DNA of 63,520 nt, counting the filler, from Hyphochytrium catenoides (lineage: Eukaryota > Protista > Hyphochytriomycota), in assembly GCA_900088475.1 (NCBI GenBank). It is 11 parts of 11 records of this genome, joined end to end, with 100 filler letters (N's around TTAATTAATTAA, not from the genome) between each part and the next. Parts side by side here need not be neighbours in the genome. Positions count along the whole stretch, not along the records: positions 1 to 15,940 come from FLMG01004515.1; positions 16,041 to 34,989 come from FLMG01003216.1; 9 more parts are not named here. The stretch is one strand, 5' to 3'. How positions within the stretch are numbered: the first letter of the stretch is position 1; every line of letters starts with the position of its first letter. Position numbers and translations under genes: made by a program. The notes under the pieces are model-generated. The model was not told the origin of the DNA and did not search any database. It saw only the letters and a list, made by a program, of their open reading frames with translations. Shown one piece after another: positions 12,301 to 24,908 of the stretch.

Positions 12301-15300
12301 AGTACGCAGTCGGTAAGGGGACGAGGGGAAAAGCGAGAGGAAGAAAGATGTGTCCGTCCCGTACCAAGCGTCACCGATACTCTTCTGGGAAAAGAAGAGA
12401 GAGATTCTCCACTGTTCCTGGAGCTATCCTCGTCCTCCAGTGAAATCGGGATAAAAGACCTTCTCTTCTTCCCGGGAGCCAGCCTGCCTCCTCGTTCATG
12501 GTCCCCTTCCTCATCGTCTGTGATCGTGCTTCTCCCTATCTCTTGATCGCCTTCTCGGCCACTGTTTCCGCTGGTGCCTGGTCCAGCCTTGTGTTTCCCT
12601 TCTTCTCCCTGTCTATCTCCGCCTTTTGCCTCTGCACTTTGCAGCAGTCTAACGCACTCGACTGCTCCTTGAAGGAGAGCCTCCACCAGAGGTGTGTTCC
12701 CTTGAAGGTTTTTGAGAAAATAATTCGCTCCTCGGGAGAGTAACAGAAAGACGCATGAGTCAAAGCCATTCTTCGCTGCCTGTAGATAAAAATCTGATTA
12801 GAATAGAAGGAAGATAAGAAAGAAGAGATCAAGGGCACAATAAAGCAGGGACTTTTCGCAAGTTCAAGATTAGAAAGGGATCGAGGATGGAGAGAGAACG
12901 TAGACGGACGACGAACTGAAAGGGAGAGAGAGAGTGTTGACAAATGGAGAGAGTCAGAAGAGAGAGAGGAGCAGAGATAGTGATTCTATAGGGCTTTTGG
13001 ATATAGAAGAACAACGGAACCAGCAGTAGACAGGACGGACCAGATGTAGGAGGGTATCTCCGTCCTGGTTTGGCTGGTCAATGAGCCCTCTGTCTCTATC
13101 CAGCAGCAGGCGGAGACAGTCAACAAGCCCATTCGCGGCTGTATAATGAACCAACTGATATCCGAAGTTGTCGGCAACATCTACGCGTGCCCCCAAGCTG
13201 GAATATGCGTCACAAGGCGAAATAGACAGACGTTAAAGCGTGAAAGAAAAAACCATCAGCTTAGGCAAAGAGGACTAGACAGCCTAGGGGCAGATGGTGC
13301 AGAGGACGGCTCTAAATAGATAGAGGAGATCAGAAAGGCAAAAGGTAAGCATTGCCCAAACGCTAACGTGTGGCGAAGACCGGCGAAGGGCTAAGTAAGC
13401 AGACCTTGACGTTCAACGCAGAGAAGGGAAGAGGTTGACTAATTGCCTTGAACATGAAGGACTCAGAGCCATGAGATCAAAAAGACAAAGTAAGGGAGAG
13501 ACACCAGAGAGAGAGAGCGACGAGAGAGAGAGCGAAAGAGAGAGAGAGGGAGAGAGAATGCCATACTTTATCATCTCCGTCATCATTATCTCTGCATATT
13601 CTCCGCATTGGCAGGTATAGAAAACTGGCGTCTGTCCATTGAAGTCTCTGACTTCAAGATCCGCCCCTCGCTGTACTAAAGTTTGGACGCCCAGCAGGTA
13701 CGCAAAGGCCACAGAGAGATGCAGAGGCGTGCAACCGTTCTCGTCAACTGCATTCGGATCCGCACCTTCTGCCAGAAGCTGGGAGACATGCTCCTCACTC
13801 ACGTATCTAGGGTGAGAACGAAGAAAGTGAAGAGACAGAAAGAGGGAAGAAATTGGTAGTTAATCGGATGGGTAGAGTTGTGGAGAGGACGAAGAGAGGA
13901 AAGAGATAGAGGCAGAGAGGATACGAAGACCGAAGAAAAGCTTCGGTCAACTGAACATAGCTGTCTACAAAGAGGGAGAAGTAGAAACTAGAAGAAAGAG
14001 CAAAAGGCTAGAAGACAAGAGACAGGAAGAGTATTATACTCAGAAAGATAAGCGTCGACGGGGGTAGAATGAGAAGGAAGAGAGAGACACAATGCTTCCG
14101 TACCCGAAAGAGACGGCAGCATGGAGAGGCGTGATAGAACCACTAGCTGCCCAGTCGTAGAGAGGCGGAGATTCAATCTCAGAGAGGGAAGAGCTTTCTT
14201 GACCACTGGAAAGTGACTGTAGAGTACTTTGTGAAGAAGAGAGAGTGGACGAGTCCCTCTTTTCTTTCCAAGCCCTCTCCTGCTCCTCCGTGCCATCGGC
14301 AGGAAAGAAAACTTTGTTCTCCTGTTTAGCTGGGCTCTGCGCATGAAAAGGAGAGAGCACGGATTTGATCCTTCTTTTGGGAGAGGAGAGAGCACTCATA
14401 TCCAGCTCCATAGAGCGTCTAAAGGAAGGAGAGAGAGTAAGCTCTCTCTTCTCTCGCTTCTCTTTGTCTTCTCCCTGGGTAGGCGTTGTCTCCTGACTCT
14501 TGAGCGGCGGGGAAGAGGTAGAAGAGCTTGTGGTCGCCAAAGCACCAGAGTGCGGATGCTCCTCCTCCTCTCTTTCTGTTCTCTCTGGAACCCGGACTCT
14601 CTGCGACCCGGCAGGAGAAGTGCTACTTTCTGAGAGAGACGTGTCTTGATTCCTTGCATCCTCTTCAGAGCGAGAGAGAAGGGACAGGCCTTCGTCCCTG
14701 GGCTTCGCCGTGCCTTCGGAAGCGGGCTTCAACTTGGTTTCCTGGTGAAGAACAGAATGTTCAAGGTGAGAGAGACATACTAGGTAGAGCTAAGGGAAGA
14801 GAAGCCCTACTGCAACACTGTACAAAGGNNNNNNNNNNNNNNNNNNNNNNNNNNNNNNNNNNNNNNNNNNNNGAGAGAGAGAGAGAGAGAGGACTTGGGC
14901 CCGCGAGAGCTGTCTGGAGACAGAGCGAGCTAGGGAAAAAAAGAAAGAATGAATGGAAGAGAAGAACAGAGAGAGGAGAGAGAGAGACAGAGAGAGAGAG
15001 ACAGAGACAGAGAGGGAGGGAGAGAGAGACAGAGAGAGAGAGACAGAGACAAGAGAGGAGAGTAAGAGGAAAGCCATCCACAGTAGCGAATGAACAGACA
15101 TCAAACTAACGCGCGGACTGAGGAGAGACAGGACAGATCTGCCTCTGGCGCCTACCTCAGAGTTTGCTTCCGAGGGGCCTGGGGAGGACGACAGCGCAGG
15201 GTCTGCAGGGGATCAAGCGTCCAGAGAGATCGATAGACAATACGAAGAAGCAAAAGAGTGTTGAGATTTATGTAAGAGAGACAGGGGCCGAAGAGCGCCA

Positions 15301-16167
15301 GAACAAGCCCGGAATACTGCAGTGACGACGGTGACTAAGCATGTTGGAGAATAATCTTTAGGACATACCTTGGCCTTCGTCCATCACTGCAGGAGAAGTT
15401 GTCTCTCCATCCATTCTGCGGTACAGGAGAATGACCTACCAGAGAGGGAAGTGGAATCTTCTTGAGCCACCGCCGAGAGTTTTGTCGTTCACCAGGTCTA
15501 CTCCTATCGCGCCTAGGACATCTTCTCTACCGCTACTCCCCAGTTCTCTAGCGTTACTTCTTGAGAGTCGAGTTTGGCTGCAGTCCACCAATGATCGAGC
15601 TCGCGCAGAGAAGCAATGGCCTTTGACAGCAACGCTGTTCAATAGAACGTCAAACTGAGAGATCAAAGAGGAAAGCGCAAGGTCCTGGAAAGGAAGAAGA
15701 TGGAGGGCAGCAGCAAAGAGGAGTACAGGGAAAAGATAGGTGGAAAGGGCGGTGGTAGGAAAGAAAGGAAAGAGAGAGAGACCAAGAACGGGAGAGAGAG
15801 ACCAAGAACGGGAGAGAAAGAAGAGCGAGAGAGAGCGAGAGAGAGAGCGAGAGAGAAAAAGAAGGAGGGAAAGAGGGAGAGAAAGAGGGAGAGAGGGAGG
15901 GAGCGAGAGAGAGAGGGAGCGAGAGAGAGAGAGAGAGAGANNNNNNNNNNNNNNNNNNNNNNNNNNNNNNNNNNNNNNNNNNNNTTAATTAATTAANNNN
16001 NNNNNNNNNNNNNNNNNNNNNNNNNNNNNNNNNNNNNNNNAGTTAAATCTCTGCAGAGCACCTCCAGTAGTGAAGAACTTCACCTTTCCATCAGCATCAT
16101 CTTTCTGTTGTTTTCTGCTGCCTTCTTTCTCCCTGTGAGTTTCTGATGATGATGTTTCTTGTTGCAT
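6340..16167 (-). CDS. Large multi-exon ankyrin repeat / coiled-coil / WW / ankyrin protein with a Sec16-like C-terminal tail
   Basis: Ankyrin exons: GADPNAVDENGCTPLH (about 13560-13800), GDTLLHL (about 13040-13200), EDTALHLAV (about 8800-8920). WW exon: WVPYTTDDGMTYYYNTQTGEVQWE (about 9860-9935). Terminal exons: SDFYYDEEKKTWILQ|GEED...RPPT and SRYVDTFN...TGA. The 5' end lies across a linker gap, so it is uncertain. Confidence 0.7.
15941..16040. other. Artificial scaffold linker N44-TTAATTAATTAA-N44 (one of ten)
   Basis: The same 12-mer, which gives stops in all six frames, is centred in 100-nt gaps at 15985, 35034, 36609, 42612, 48857, 52168, 53780, 55112, 59607 and 61879. Confidence 0.97.
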
Positions 16168-16647
16168 CGCCGTGAGGTCCGTTCTTCCTCGAGTCCCTGC
16201 TGTCGCCTCTTTTGTGCGACAGGGTCCACTATGTACCTCTGACTGGGTCTTGGGAGTAGGGCACATCAGAGCCCTCTTCTCTGCTATCCTTCCTCATCTT
16301 CCTCACATCTACAAGTGTCTCGAAGGAGTCATCAGCAGAAGTAATAAGCCTATTATGAAGCGCGACAGTCCTCCTCGCGTGGGGGAAGCTACTGAGAGAT
16401 GAAGAGTATTTGCTGATTGAGAGTTAAGTAAGTGAGACTGCAACCCCAAGAGAGGTCTGCGTCAAGAGGCTCGCTATGTCGGAAGTGCTAGGACTCCGAG
16501 AGTACCACAATGTGGCTGCGGCAGGAAGAGGATCTCAAGTCTTTTGACGTCGACAAAGTTCTAGGATCGGTGGGGAGGAACTATTTTCCTTCTGTTGCCG
16601 CTTCGGGACCTTGGTAGCATCATAGTGGGGGGGAACGGATAGGACCT

Positions 16648-18334
16648 ATGCTTTCCTTAGCCCCACGCTCTTCTGTCCCCCAAAGTAAAGGAGAAAGACA
16701 TCAGCACTTTTTTGCTTCTGTGCCAGATGTCATATTGGAGGTTATCTTCGCCCAGCTAGAAGCAAAAGATCTCGACCGATGCGGAGGTGTCTCAACTCGC
16801 TGGAGGACGATCTCTCGAAAAGAAGAATTATGGCGAGAACTCACTTACCGGGACTTGGTCGGTAACCAACTCTCGCACTATGACGGAGTGCAGGGCGGCT
16901 ATGATGCAGTAAAACGGCTGATGGACTTCACCGAGACAGAGGTAACAGGTGGTGAAGTCCATTCATTTGCTCAGTTCTACCAACCGCATCACCGCTGTCC
17001 TCCCTCTCAAGCGCGGGGTGGAGAGAAGTGGAGACAAATTTATGTGGGCAGAGCCACCAAACCCGAGGTACTGGTGATAGACAGGGGAACGGGGTACGTG
17101 AAAAGCGGATGGGATAATGAGGGCCTACGGCGGGATGTCCTCCTCATGGTCGGCTTCACAGGGGCTTCGGATACGCAAGCGCTGGACTCCGTTTTCCGAC
17201 GGATGGGGTACTCCTTAGAGAGGCCAGTGCCGGTTCTTTACATTGAAAGTATGCGCTTCCTGGAGGAAAGGAAAGCAGCTGAAAGAGAGACGATGCGCGA
17301 TCGGGTTCTTACCACCATATTTCGAAAGTACAATGTAAGCTCCGTCTCTGTTGTCAATGAGGCCCTCTGTGCGCTCTATCTCAGCGCCAGACGTAGCGGC
17401 ATCGTGGTCAACATCGGCTTCCAATCCATTACTATCGCTCCGGTGACAAATGAGTGCATCCTTTCCTCATATGTGCGCTGCATCAACGTTGGGGCGCGCC
17501 AGATGACGATGATGTTAGACTATCTGCTAGGACTGAAAGGCTATCACTTTGGAAGCATCTTTGAGGTGAAGGACCTAAAGGAGAAGCATCTATTCGTTGC
17601 CCGCTGCTTTGATACAGCGATGGCTCTCCCCCAGAGCGCCCACGAGAAGAGAATCTCGACAGAGTATCATGATGTGATGACCCTCTCTAGAGAAAGATTT
17701 TTAGTGCCAGAGATTCTCTTCCAGCCCACCCTTCTGGGCTTAGACGAGCATGGAATAAGCCAGGTATTAGCTGAAATTATTGCACAAATGAGAGCGGGGA
17801 CAGGCGAGACCGGTGGGAATGATGGGGACGAGGCGGCGTGGAGTACAATTATTCTAGCAGGCGGTTCAGCAGGTCTGCCGGGCCTTGCAGACAGAATTAG
17901 AACAGATCTCTTGCGGTTAGTAGGAAAGGTATGAGTAGCCACTTGTTCGTGTCTACTGGGCCCCTCTTCTGTCCCATCTGCTCAATAGCTGCTCCTCATA
18001 AGAGCCCCTCTGGCTGTTGAAGTTTCTGTGCTTTCCATTTCCACCACACCACACTTCTCGCATTCGGTTTACCTCACCGTGTCTCCTACCAAGAGGAGAG
18101 TTCTCTATACCTTGGATTCTCGTGCGATCCATTGATTCCACCGGACTCAAGCTGCGCCCACTAAGCACCGCTCTCTCTTGCTCATAGGAAGTAGAGGTTC
18201 TTCTCCCGTCATCAGAGTCACAACACATTGCTTGGCTTGGTGGAAAGCTTATCAGCCAAACTTCCACCTTTCAGGATCGCTGGTGCATTGACCGTAGGCT
18301 TTTCCTGAACGCCAAACCACTGCATGATAGGTAA
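16648..18334 (+). CDS. ARP8: F-box plus actin-fold protein, plant ARP8-type (exons 16648-17928 and 18188-18334)
   Basis: N-terminal F-box (VPDVILEVIFAQLEAKDLDRCGGVSTRWR...LW). Actin motifs IDRGTGYVKSGW, SGIVVNIGF, LSRERFLVPEILFQP and IILAGGSAGLPG. A phase-0 GT-AG intron leads to AWLGGKLISQTSTFQDRWCI. Confidence 0.85.
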
Positions 18335-18755
18335 GTGGATAGCCTGTCATTGGATCAAGGGAGGTTATCAGAATAAGTCATCGAATCTTTCTGCATTGCT
18401 CGACCCTGTCGTAAGGTACTTGGGCAGAACGTTGGGGTCGGAATCTGAAACGAATATGGAAGAAATGTTTACGTTCTCGGACGGTAGCGACTCCGACTAG
18501 AAAGAAAGATAGGCCGGCACTAGGACAACGATCCCACATACTGGTCCGTACGGAGGGAAATGAAGACATGCCATAGAGAGCAGATCAAACGCTGAGATAC
18601 TGTCATTAATGTTAGCAGAGTCCCTCCGCTCTACTAGCACGACGTGATAAGAGGTTGGATGGAGCCTGGCCCGTAGTTATGCCTAATCACCTATACATAC
18701 CTACTACGGGTTCTGTAGTAGATAGAGGTAGGAACATCAAGAAACGGACTTCACC

Positions 18756-20719
18756 TTAGCTTGAAGAGCTCTTCTTATACAGAGCGACAACCGTCTCCAC
18801 ATCACGCTTGCAGCCTAGGAAGATTGGAGCTCGCTGATGGATTTCTGTGAGAGAGAAGAGGAATACGGAGTGTCACATGGAGGAGCCGCTAGGATAAAGC
18901 ACGTAAGGGAAAGTGAATCATGCCAACATAAACTAAAGGGTTTTCGTATGTAGAGGTTGCGGGTAAGAGACAACTTAGCTATTGTCTATGTTCGACGACT
19001 GCGAAGAAGCGAGGAAGCGAGCAAACAAAGGAGAAGGCTCTTGGCTCTCATGACAAGTAGAAAGACAGTCCTTTCGTAAACAGACTCAATAAAGCAACTT
19101 AGCCTACCTGTGGGCATAATTTCCATAACTCTCTCATGACCTGTGGTTGCCATTCCCCCTGCCTGCTCTACTATATAGCTCATTGGATTAGCTTCGTATA
19201 ATAGGCGCAACTTTCCATTTTTACTCTTCTTGTCAGCTGGGTACATGAAGATCCCTCCATACATGAGTGTGCGGTTGACATCGGAAACCATGGAGCCGAC
19301 GTATCGCGCAGAGTAAGCGGGAGACGCATGCTTGCATTCTTCGACGAAGGCTTTTGTTGGCTCATCCCAGTTATTGTAGTTGCCTTCGTTAACCGAGTAA
19401 ATCTGCGATAGAGGAGAGGACCATAACGGGCGTAAGAAGAGACACAACCAAGGGTCAGAAAACAACCACAGCATTCTTCTCAGCGATCTCTTCTAACTGA
19501 CAAGGGCTCATACCTCCCTAAACTCCGGGATAAGAGGCTAACTCTAAGCCACGTATCTACTATGGGAGACAGAAGTACGGCACGTTTAACCACCAGCCCG
19601 GCCTCTCTCTCTCTACCACCTTCAACCTATATTCCCCTTCTGGTTCCCATCCTACTCTTTCTACACGACTACTGGCCAACCTCCTTGTCTTTTACCCTAC
19701 CCTCTTTGGCTTCTCTGGGATCTTTATGTTGGGCATGGAGAGGATGAACTCCCCAATGGTAGGGTCCAGTGTAAAGCCGTGGACACCGTTGCCAACTGTG
19801 ATGACAAGCTGGGTCGCGCTACCGTACATGCAATATCCGGCACCAATGAGCTCTGTGCCGGGACGGAGCATGTCCTGCAAACTAGAGCCCAAATATGAGA
19901 GATAACACAGTACGATCAGTGTACAAAGAGAGATCCAAGGACGACACCAAGAGACAGGTATTTATGAATCGCTGTGAGAAAGGGGAAGCGTCATGCAGCA
20001 GAGAAGACAGTGGAGGAAGATGCCTTCCGTGAGTGACTATCAGAGCTAATGAACGATAAGGCACACTCACGTGGCACCGCCGCTTGATTGTTTCTGGTAG
20101 ATAGCGAAGATAGTACCCGTGGATACGTTACAGTCGATGTTGGAGGAACCGTCCAATGGGTCGAAAGCTATGAGGAACCTAGCTTCTGGCTCGTCCACAG
20201 TAATTGCCTTCTCCTCCTCTTCTGACACCATGAGAGCCACTTTGCGACAGCACTAGAAATAATGAAACTAATGAACTGCTGATGATGGAGATTGATAGGC
20301 ATAGAGAGGCCAGCAGCCAACGCAGAGGAGAATGTAGGAAACACGAGAAAGACACAGATGATTCGGGCTAGGTGGTGAAGACAAGTCCACTGAAAGTAAA
20401 CCCCCTCGTCTGGTAAGCGCAAGCCGGAGAGGCTAAAGGACGTACATCGGGGGGCCAGACAGCAAGAGCTCCTCACCTTTAGCGAGTTGATGAAGATCTC
20501 GTTTGACATGACGTCAAGCTTCTTCACATCATCGCCTGAACTGTTCGTGGCACCATCCAGTCCATACAGTCCTGTAATGCCTGCTCTTCTCACGGCATGG
20601 CTCGTCACCTTGCAGGCGAGGGCAATGGCATTAAAAAGCATTTCCAGATCATTGTCGCGCGTGATCTTCGGCTCAGAGAGCAGAAAGCGCATAAGAGTGA
20701 TTGGGTCACGGTGTTCCAT
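18756..20719 (-). CDS. FBP: Cytosolic fructose-1,6-bisphosphatase class I (5 exons)
   Basis: The spliced product contains [40 protein letters not shown] and [10 protein letters not shown]. All introns are GT-AG and the stop is TAA. There is no transit peptide. Confidence 0.95.
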
Positions 20720-22485
20720 GGCTGTAAAAGAGCTATACTATTACGGATAGAGTGATAGATTGTCGTCTGGAAGAGGACTCCGGACAAGGTAACGTCAGGC
20801 AACTACGAGGTAGCCAAACAGGAAATGACTGTCTGCCGGTCTTCAGAATGTAGCGGCGGGATATTTTCTGGAGACAAGCTGCAGTGAAAATCATCAACCT
20901 GACTGCATGAGATATGGAGGATTGTGAGACAGAGTCCTCTCGAGGTATTGGGATTGAAAAGGTCCGAGAGTCCGAGAGACGGTTGTCTATGAGAAATACT
21001 TAGTAATAACGAAGACCTATCAGACAGAGTGACATCACAAGGGAAATAGATTCGCAAGCGAGAGAGTAGAAAGATGGGAGACAGAGTCCCATCAATGCAC
21101 AAAGAGGTCCTACGACTCCAACATTCCTTTTGACAAGCCTTGAAGCTTCTTTATTTCGGTTATGACTAGAGAGATCTGTTATATCTCTATATTAATTCAG
21201 TATATGAACCGGCCTTCTGACTTCACTAGGCCAATACCCCAAGTAGATAGGAACCCATGATCAACTTTCACTTCTTCTTCCTATAGAAAGAGATGTCCAA
21301 GTGTGTCCAGTGGTGTTCAAATGCATGGGCATGGTGCTCTTAGCTTCAACCAACCCGGAATAGGAAGGGACTGAATGGAGCTCACTGTTGGACTGATTCA
21401 GCTGATGGGGAATAGGTTCAGGGACGCACACAGGTGCAAGGTNNNNNNNNNNNNNNNNNNNNNNNNNNNNNNNNNNNNNNNNNNNNNNNNNNNNNNNNNN
21501 NNNNNNNNNNNNNNNNNNNNNNNNNNNNNNNNNNNNNNNNNNNNNNTATCTCTCTATCTCTATCTCTCTCTCTCTGTCTCTCTCTCTCTCTTTCTCTCTC
21601 TCTCTTTCTCTCTTTCTCTCTCTCTCTCTGTCTCTCTGTCTGTCCTTCTCTCTATCTGTCTCTCTCTCTTGTTGTTCCCATTCTCTCCCGCGCTCTCTTT
21701 CTTTCTCTGCCTTTCTTTCCTTCCCTCACATCACCTCGCGGTTCTCATCTCTCTCTCTCTTTCTCTGTTCTAAGGCGCCTTACCTCTTCCCCATTCTCCT
21801 CTCTCTCGCTGTATTTAACTGAGGCATCTTCCCCTGCTGCTTGCCTGCTTCCAGCTATCAAGCTCAACCTTCCCCTTCCCTCGCCTCGTGACCTCTTTCC
21901 TCTTTGTTTTCCTCTGTTATCCAGTGCCTTCCAATGTTCCTTGTTCTTCCGTCTCCCATCAACAACATTCTCTGCTATTTCCCTTCCATTGTACACTCTG
22001 TCTCTCTCACTTGGCTCCCTATCCTTCACTTTTTCATTCGTTTTTCCTCTCTCCCCACAAACCCATCTCGCCCGTATAAAAGCCCAGTCTAATTTGCTTG
22101 GTGGATGTCGCTGGTCTAACCATTGGTCTGATCGCTTAGGGCACTTCTGAACGCTTTCTAATGAAACGGAAGCATCCGTCGGTCCATGAGCCTCATACTG
22201 TTAACACCAAGCAGGCTGCATTGGAAAGATCGATGTGGACTGCTAATGCCAGAGATCGATAAAAGCTCGATAAGGGGCTAAAGTTGTGAGACTCCTCACG
22301 TTAAACTGAACTCAGGGAAGAGTGAAAAAAGATCTCCCTTTCGTTTGCTGGGAAGCGCTAAGTGCACGAACCACGCCAGGCAGCGAACGCCTCTGCATGA
22401 CTCACCTCGCCTTGCCTTCCCGGCTCTCCCATTTCTCTACATTTTCTTCTTTTCAAGCCTTATCTATCTGATTGGCATCTTCACT

Positions 22486-24180
22486 ATGAGGCTCAAGGGG
22501 ACTCAGGAAGGCAAAGAAGATGCCGTGTTGGCACCCTCTCTCAGCAGGAAAAAGAGCAAGAAAGAGAAGGAGAAGGAGAAAAGAGAGAAGAAGCAAAAGG
22601 CCAAATCGGCCAAAAAGCGTGCACGCGAGGCGAAGAAGAAGGAGAGCCATGGAACTGTTGTGTCTTCATCAGATAGCTTTCCTCCTGTTCAAAAGGAGGA
22701 AACCGACAACAAGGAAGACAATGAAAGAGGTTACTTTTATGGCTTACTTTCCTTCTTCTCACGAAGAGGAAGCTCCAGCCGCCCTGTATCTTCTCCTCCG
22801 TCTTTACCAAAGGATTCTTCTCTTGCTCTGAAGGGCTCACCCAGGACGAGAGACCATCATCAAGGAGAAGCGAACATATTGCAAGAGGAGGAGGAGGTCG
22901 ACCTTCTTTTTCACGAACAGTCATTAGGATTGAGAGTGAAGAGCACCCAAAGGGGCCTTGAAGTCATTCTATTTCCTAAGAATGTCGATGGTACTGAGGG
23001 AGAGGCAGAAAGGCAAGGTAAAGTACAACTGGGAGACGTCATTGTCGCGCTCAATGGCTCTCGAGTCCACTCTTTGCAAGAGTTCAGTTCAGCACTTCAG
23101 GATCTTCCTCGTCCTCTCGCCATTAGAGTGCAGAGGAAGAGAGAGGTAAAACGAAGTGGAGAGAGCGATACGAACATGCTCTCTCCGACCCTGTCCGCTC
23201 TCTCAGATACTGATTGGACCCCTGTGTCCTCACATGAGAGCGTCAGGCAGACAGAGAAGGGGAAGGAGAATGACCAAACGGACTTCCCGGAACCCCCAAG
23301 TTCTCTTATATCCACAATGGCAACTATCGTCTCGGCCCCTGCCGTCATCCTCACTTATCCTGTCAGCTACGTCATACGTTCGTTTGCTTCATCGCCTTCC
23401 AAGGCGCCCCAACCCTCTCCAAACCTAGAGGAGAATGGGAGAGACTCAGCTGCCAAGGAGCTAGCAGGGGTAAAGGATGAAAGCAGAGTACCAAGGGAGC
23501 CGTCTCCCACTGGTCCACTAAATAATGAAGCCGTTACACGAAAAGATGGGCATGAGGGAGTCAGTAGGAGTGGAGAGAGCACAGAGGGGAACATGGTCAA
23601 AGACGCTAAGGCAAATGCCTCTTCTCTTCTTAGTGAGGGAGAGATGAGAGAACTTTCTCATCACCTTCCCTTTATGCTACGAGAGAGGAAACTTGTGCAG
23701 CTCTATGACTCCGATGTCGATGGACTTAGTATCTTTAATCTCTACCGCAAAGCTGCGGACCGAGGTCCCCTCCTACTGCTCATAAAAGAAAGAGACAGGA
23801 AAGTAAGAATCAAAGAAAGAAGAGAAGACGGAGTAACATCGGAGACAAAAGAAGGGAGGAGATTTGGTAGTTTTTTGAGTGGAAGCCTAAAGTCAAACGG
23901 GACGAACTTCATCGACGGACAGTCCTTCGTTTTCTCCCTGTCTCCCATTGTCGAGGTTCACCGGTGGACGGGAAAGAACACTGACTTCTCTTCCTCGTCC
24001 TCCTCCTTCCTTGCCATTGGTGGTGGCAAGGGGGTGTCTCTCCTTCTCTCTGAGGAGATGGAGACTGGACGGAGTAGTCCTTGTGAGACCTTCAACGAGA
24101 ACAAGTCACTAGCTTCCCAGGAGGACTTTCGGATAGCCAAAGTGGAAGCTTGGGCCTTTGCTGCTTATGACGGGTGCTAA
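22486..24180 (+). CDS. Intronless PDZ-like plus TLDc (OXR1-family) domain protein with a Lys-rich N-terminus
   Basis: PDZ-like segment SLGLRV...GEAERQGKVQLGDVIVALNG...PRPLAIRVQR. TLDc segment LYDSDVDGLS...FGSF...SFVFS...LAIGGG...SSPCETFN...VEAWAF. Confidence 0.8.
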   Translation: MRLKGTQEGKEDAVLAPSLSRKKSKKEKEKEKREKKQKAKSAKKRAREAKKKESHGTVVSSSDSFPPVQKEETDNKEDNERGYFYGLLSFFSRRGSSSRPVSSPPSLPKDSSLALKGSPRTRDHHQGEANILQEEEEVDLLFHEQSLGLRVKSTQRGLEVILFPKNVDGTEGEAERQGKVQLGDVIVALNGSRVHSLQEFSSALQDLPRPLAIRVQRKREVKRSGESDTNMLSPTLSALSDTDWTPVSSHESVRQTEKGKENDQTDFPEPPSSLISTMATIVSAPAVILTYPVSYVIRSFASSPSKAPQPSPNLEENGRDSAAKELAGVKDESRVPREPSPTGPLNNEAVTRKDGHEGVSRSGESTEGNMVKDAKANASSLLSEGEMRELSHHLPFMLRERKLVQLYDSDVDGLSIFNLYRKAADRGPLLLLIKERDRKVRIKERREDGVTSETKEGRRFGSFLSGSLKSNGTNFIDGQSFVFSLSPIVEVHRWTGKNTDFSSSSSSFLAIGGGKGVSLLLSEEMETGRSSPCETFNENKSLASQEDFRIAKVEAWAFAAYDGC

Positions 24181-24193
24181 AGAAAATCCTCAG

Positions 24194-24225
24194 ATGAGGA
24201 TGGGGCCTTATGAGGATGGGGCCTT
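24194..24225 (+). repeat. Perfect 16-bp tandem duplication in the 3' UTR
   Basis: ATGAGGATGGGGCCTT occurs twice in tandem. Confidence 0.9.
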
Positions 24226-24908
24226 CAATGAAGAAAAGATTGAAAAGTGAGTACTGCACCGCCGTCAGCTACGAAACCTGCAAGTGGAAAGCAAGTGTCT
24301 AGGGTAAGAGAGAGGCCTGGGTCCATCTATATGAGCTTATCTCAGCTTTATGATATTTAATCAGAATGGAGTTGACCACGCATATGAAGGCGCATTAGTT
24401 GTTCTCCACTCCGTAGCGAGCCATGTGCTCTCTTTATTCTCAGTCATTTGTGCTCTATCGAATGGTGGACTATTCGAGGTGGAGGTCATCACTTTAGATC
24501 AACTTTGTGCTGATGATGGGCTCCCTAGTCATCTTAAACGTTGTGGGTCCTTAACCCTTGAACCTCTCTCTACTCTGGGCTGGCGCGGTCTTTCCCCTTT
24601 CGAGAATTCTGATGCCCTGCCTTTTAAGTGGCCTTCTCCGATCCAAATGGTCCGTCCGCTGTTCTGCAACTCCAGTGACACACTCCTTATTCATTTCTCA
24701 TACAGGGAAGGCTTAGATGGACAAGGGAACAAGGATGTGTAATCAAACCCGAGATTCATTTTACATTATAGGGTAAGGCTCTTAGCATCAGCATCTATGG
24801 AGAGAACCTCTTCCCAGGTGGATCCTATTCTTAAGGCACCTGGAGGGCGCTAGAGAAGTCGTCCTCTCTCCCTCAACTTCTCTGTGTTGTCGCATGAAAT
24901 TATCTGTC

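Noticed and set aside
21434-22150. Long SL/ER-repeat ORFs here and throughout 43-59 kb
   Set aside because: These are stop-free translations of (CT)n/(GA)n tracts in introns or intergenic DNA.
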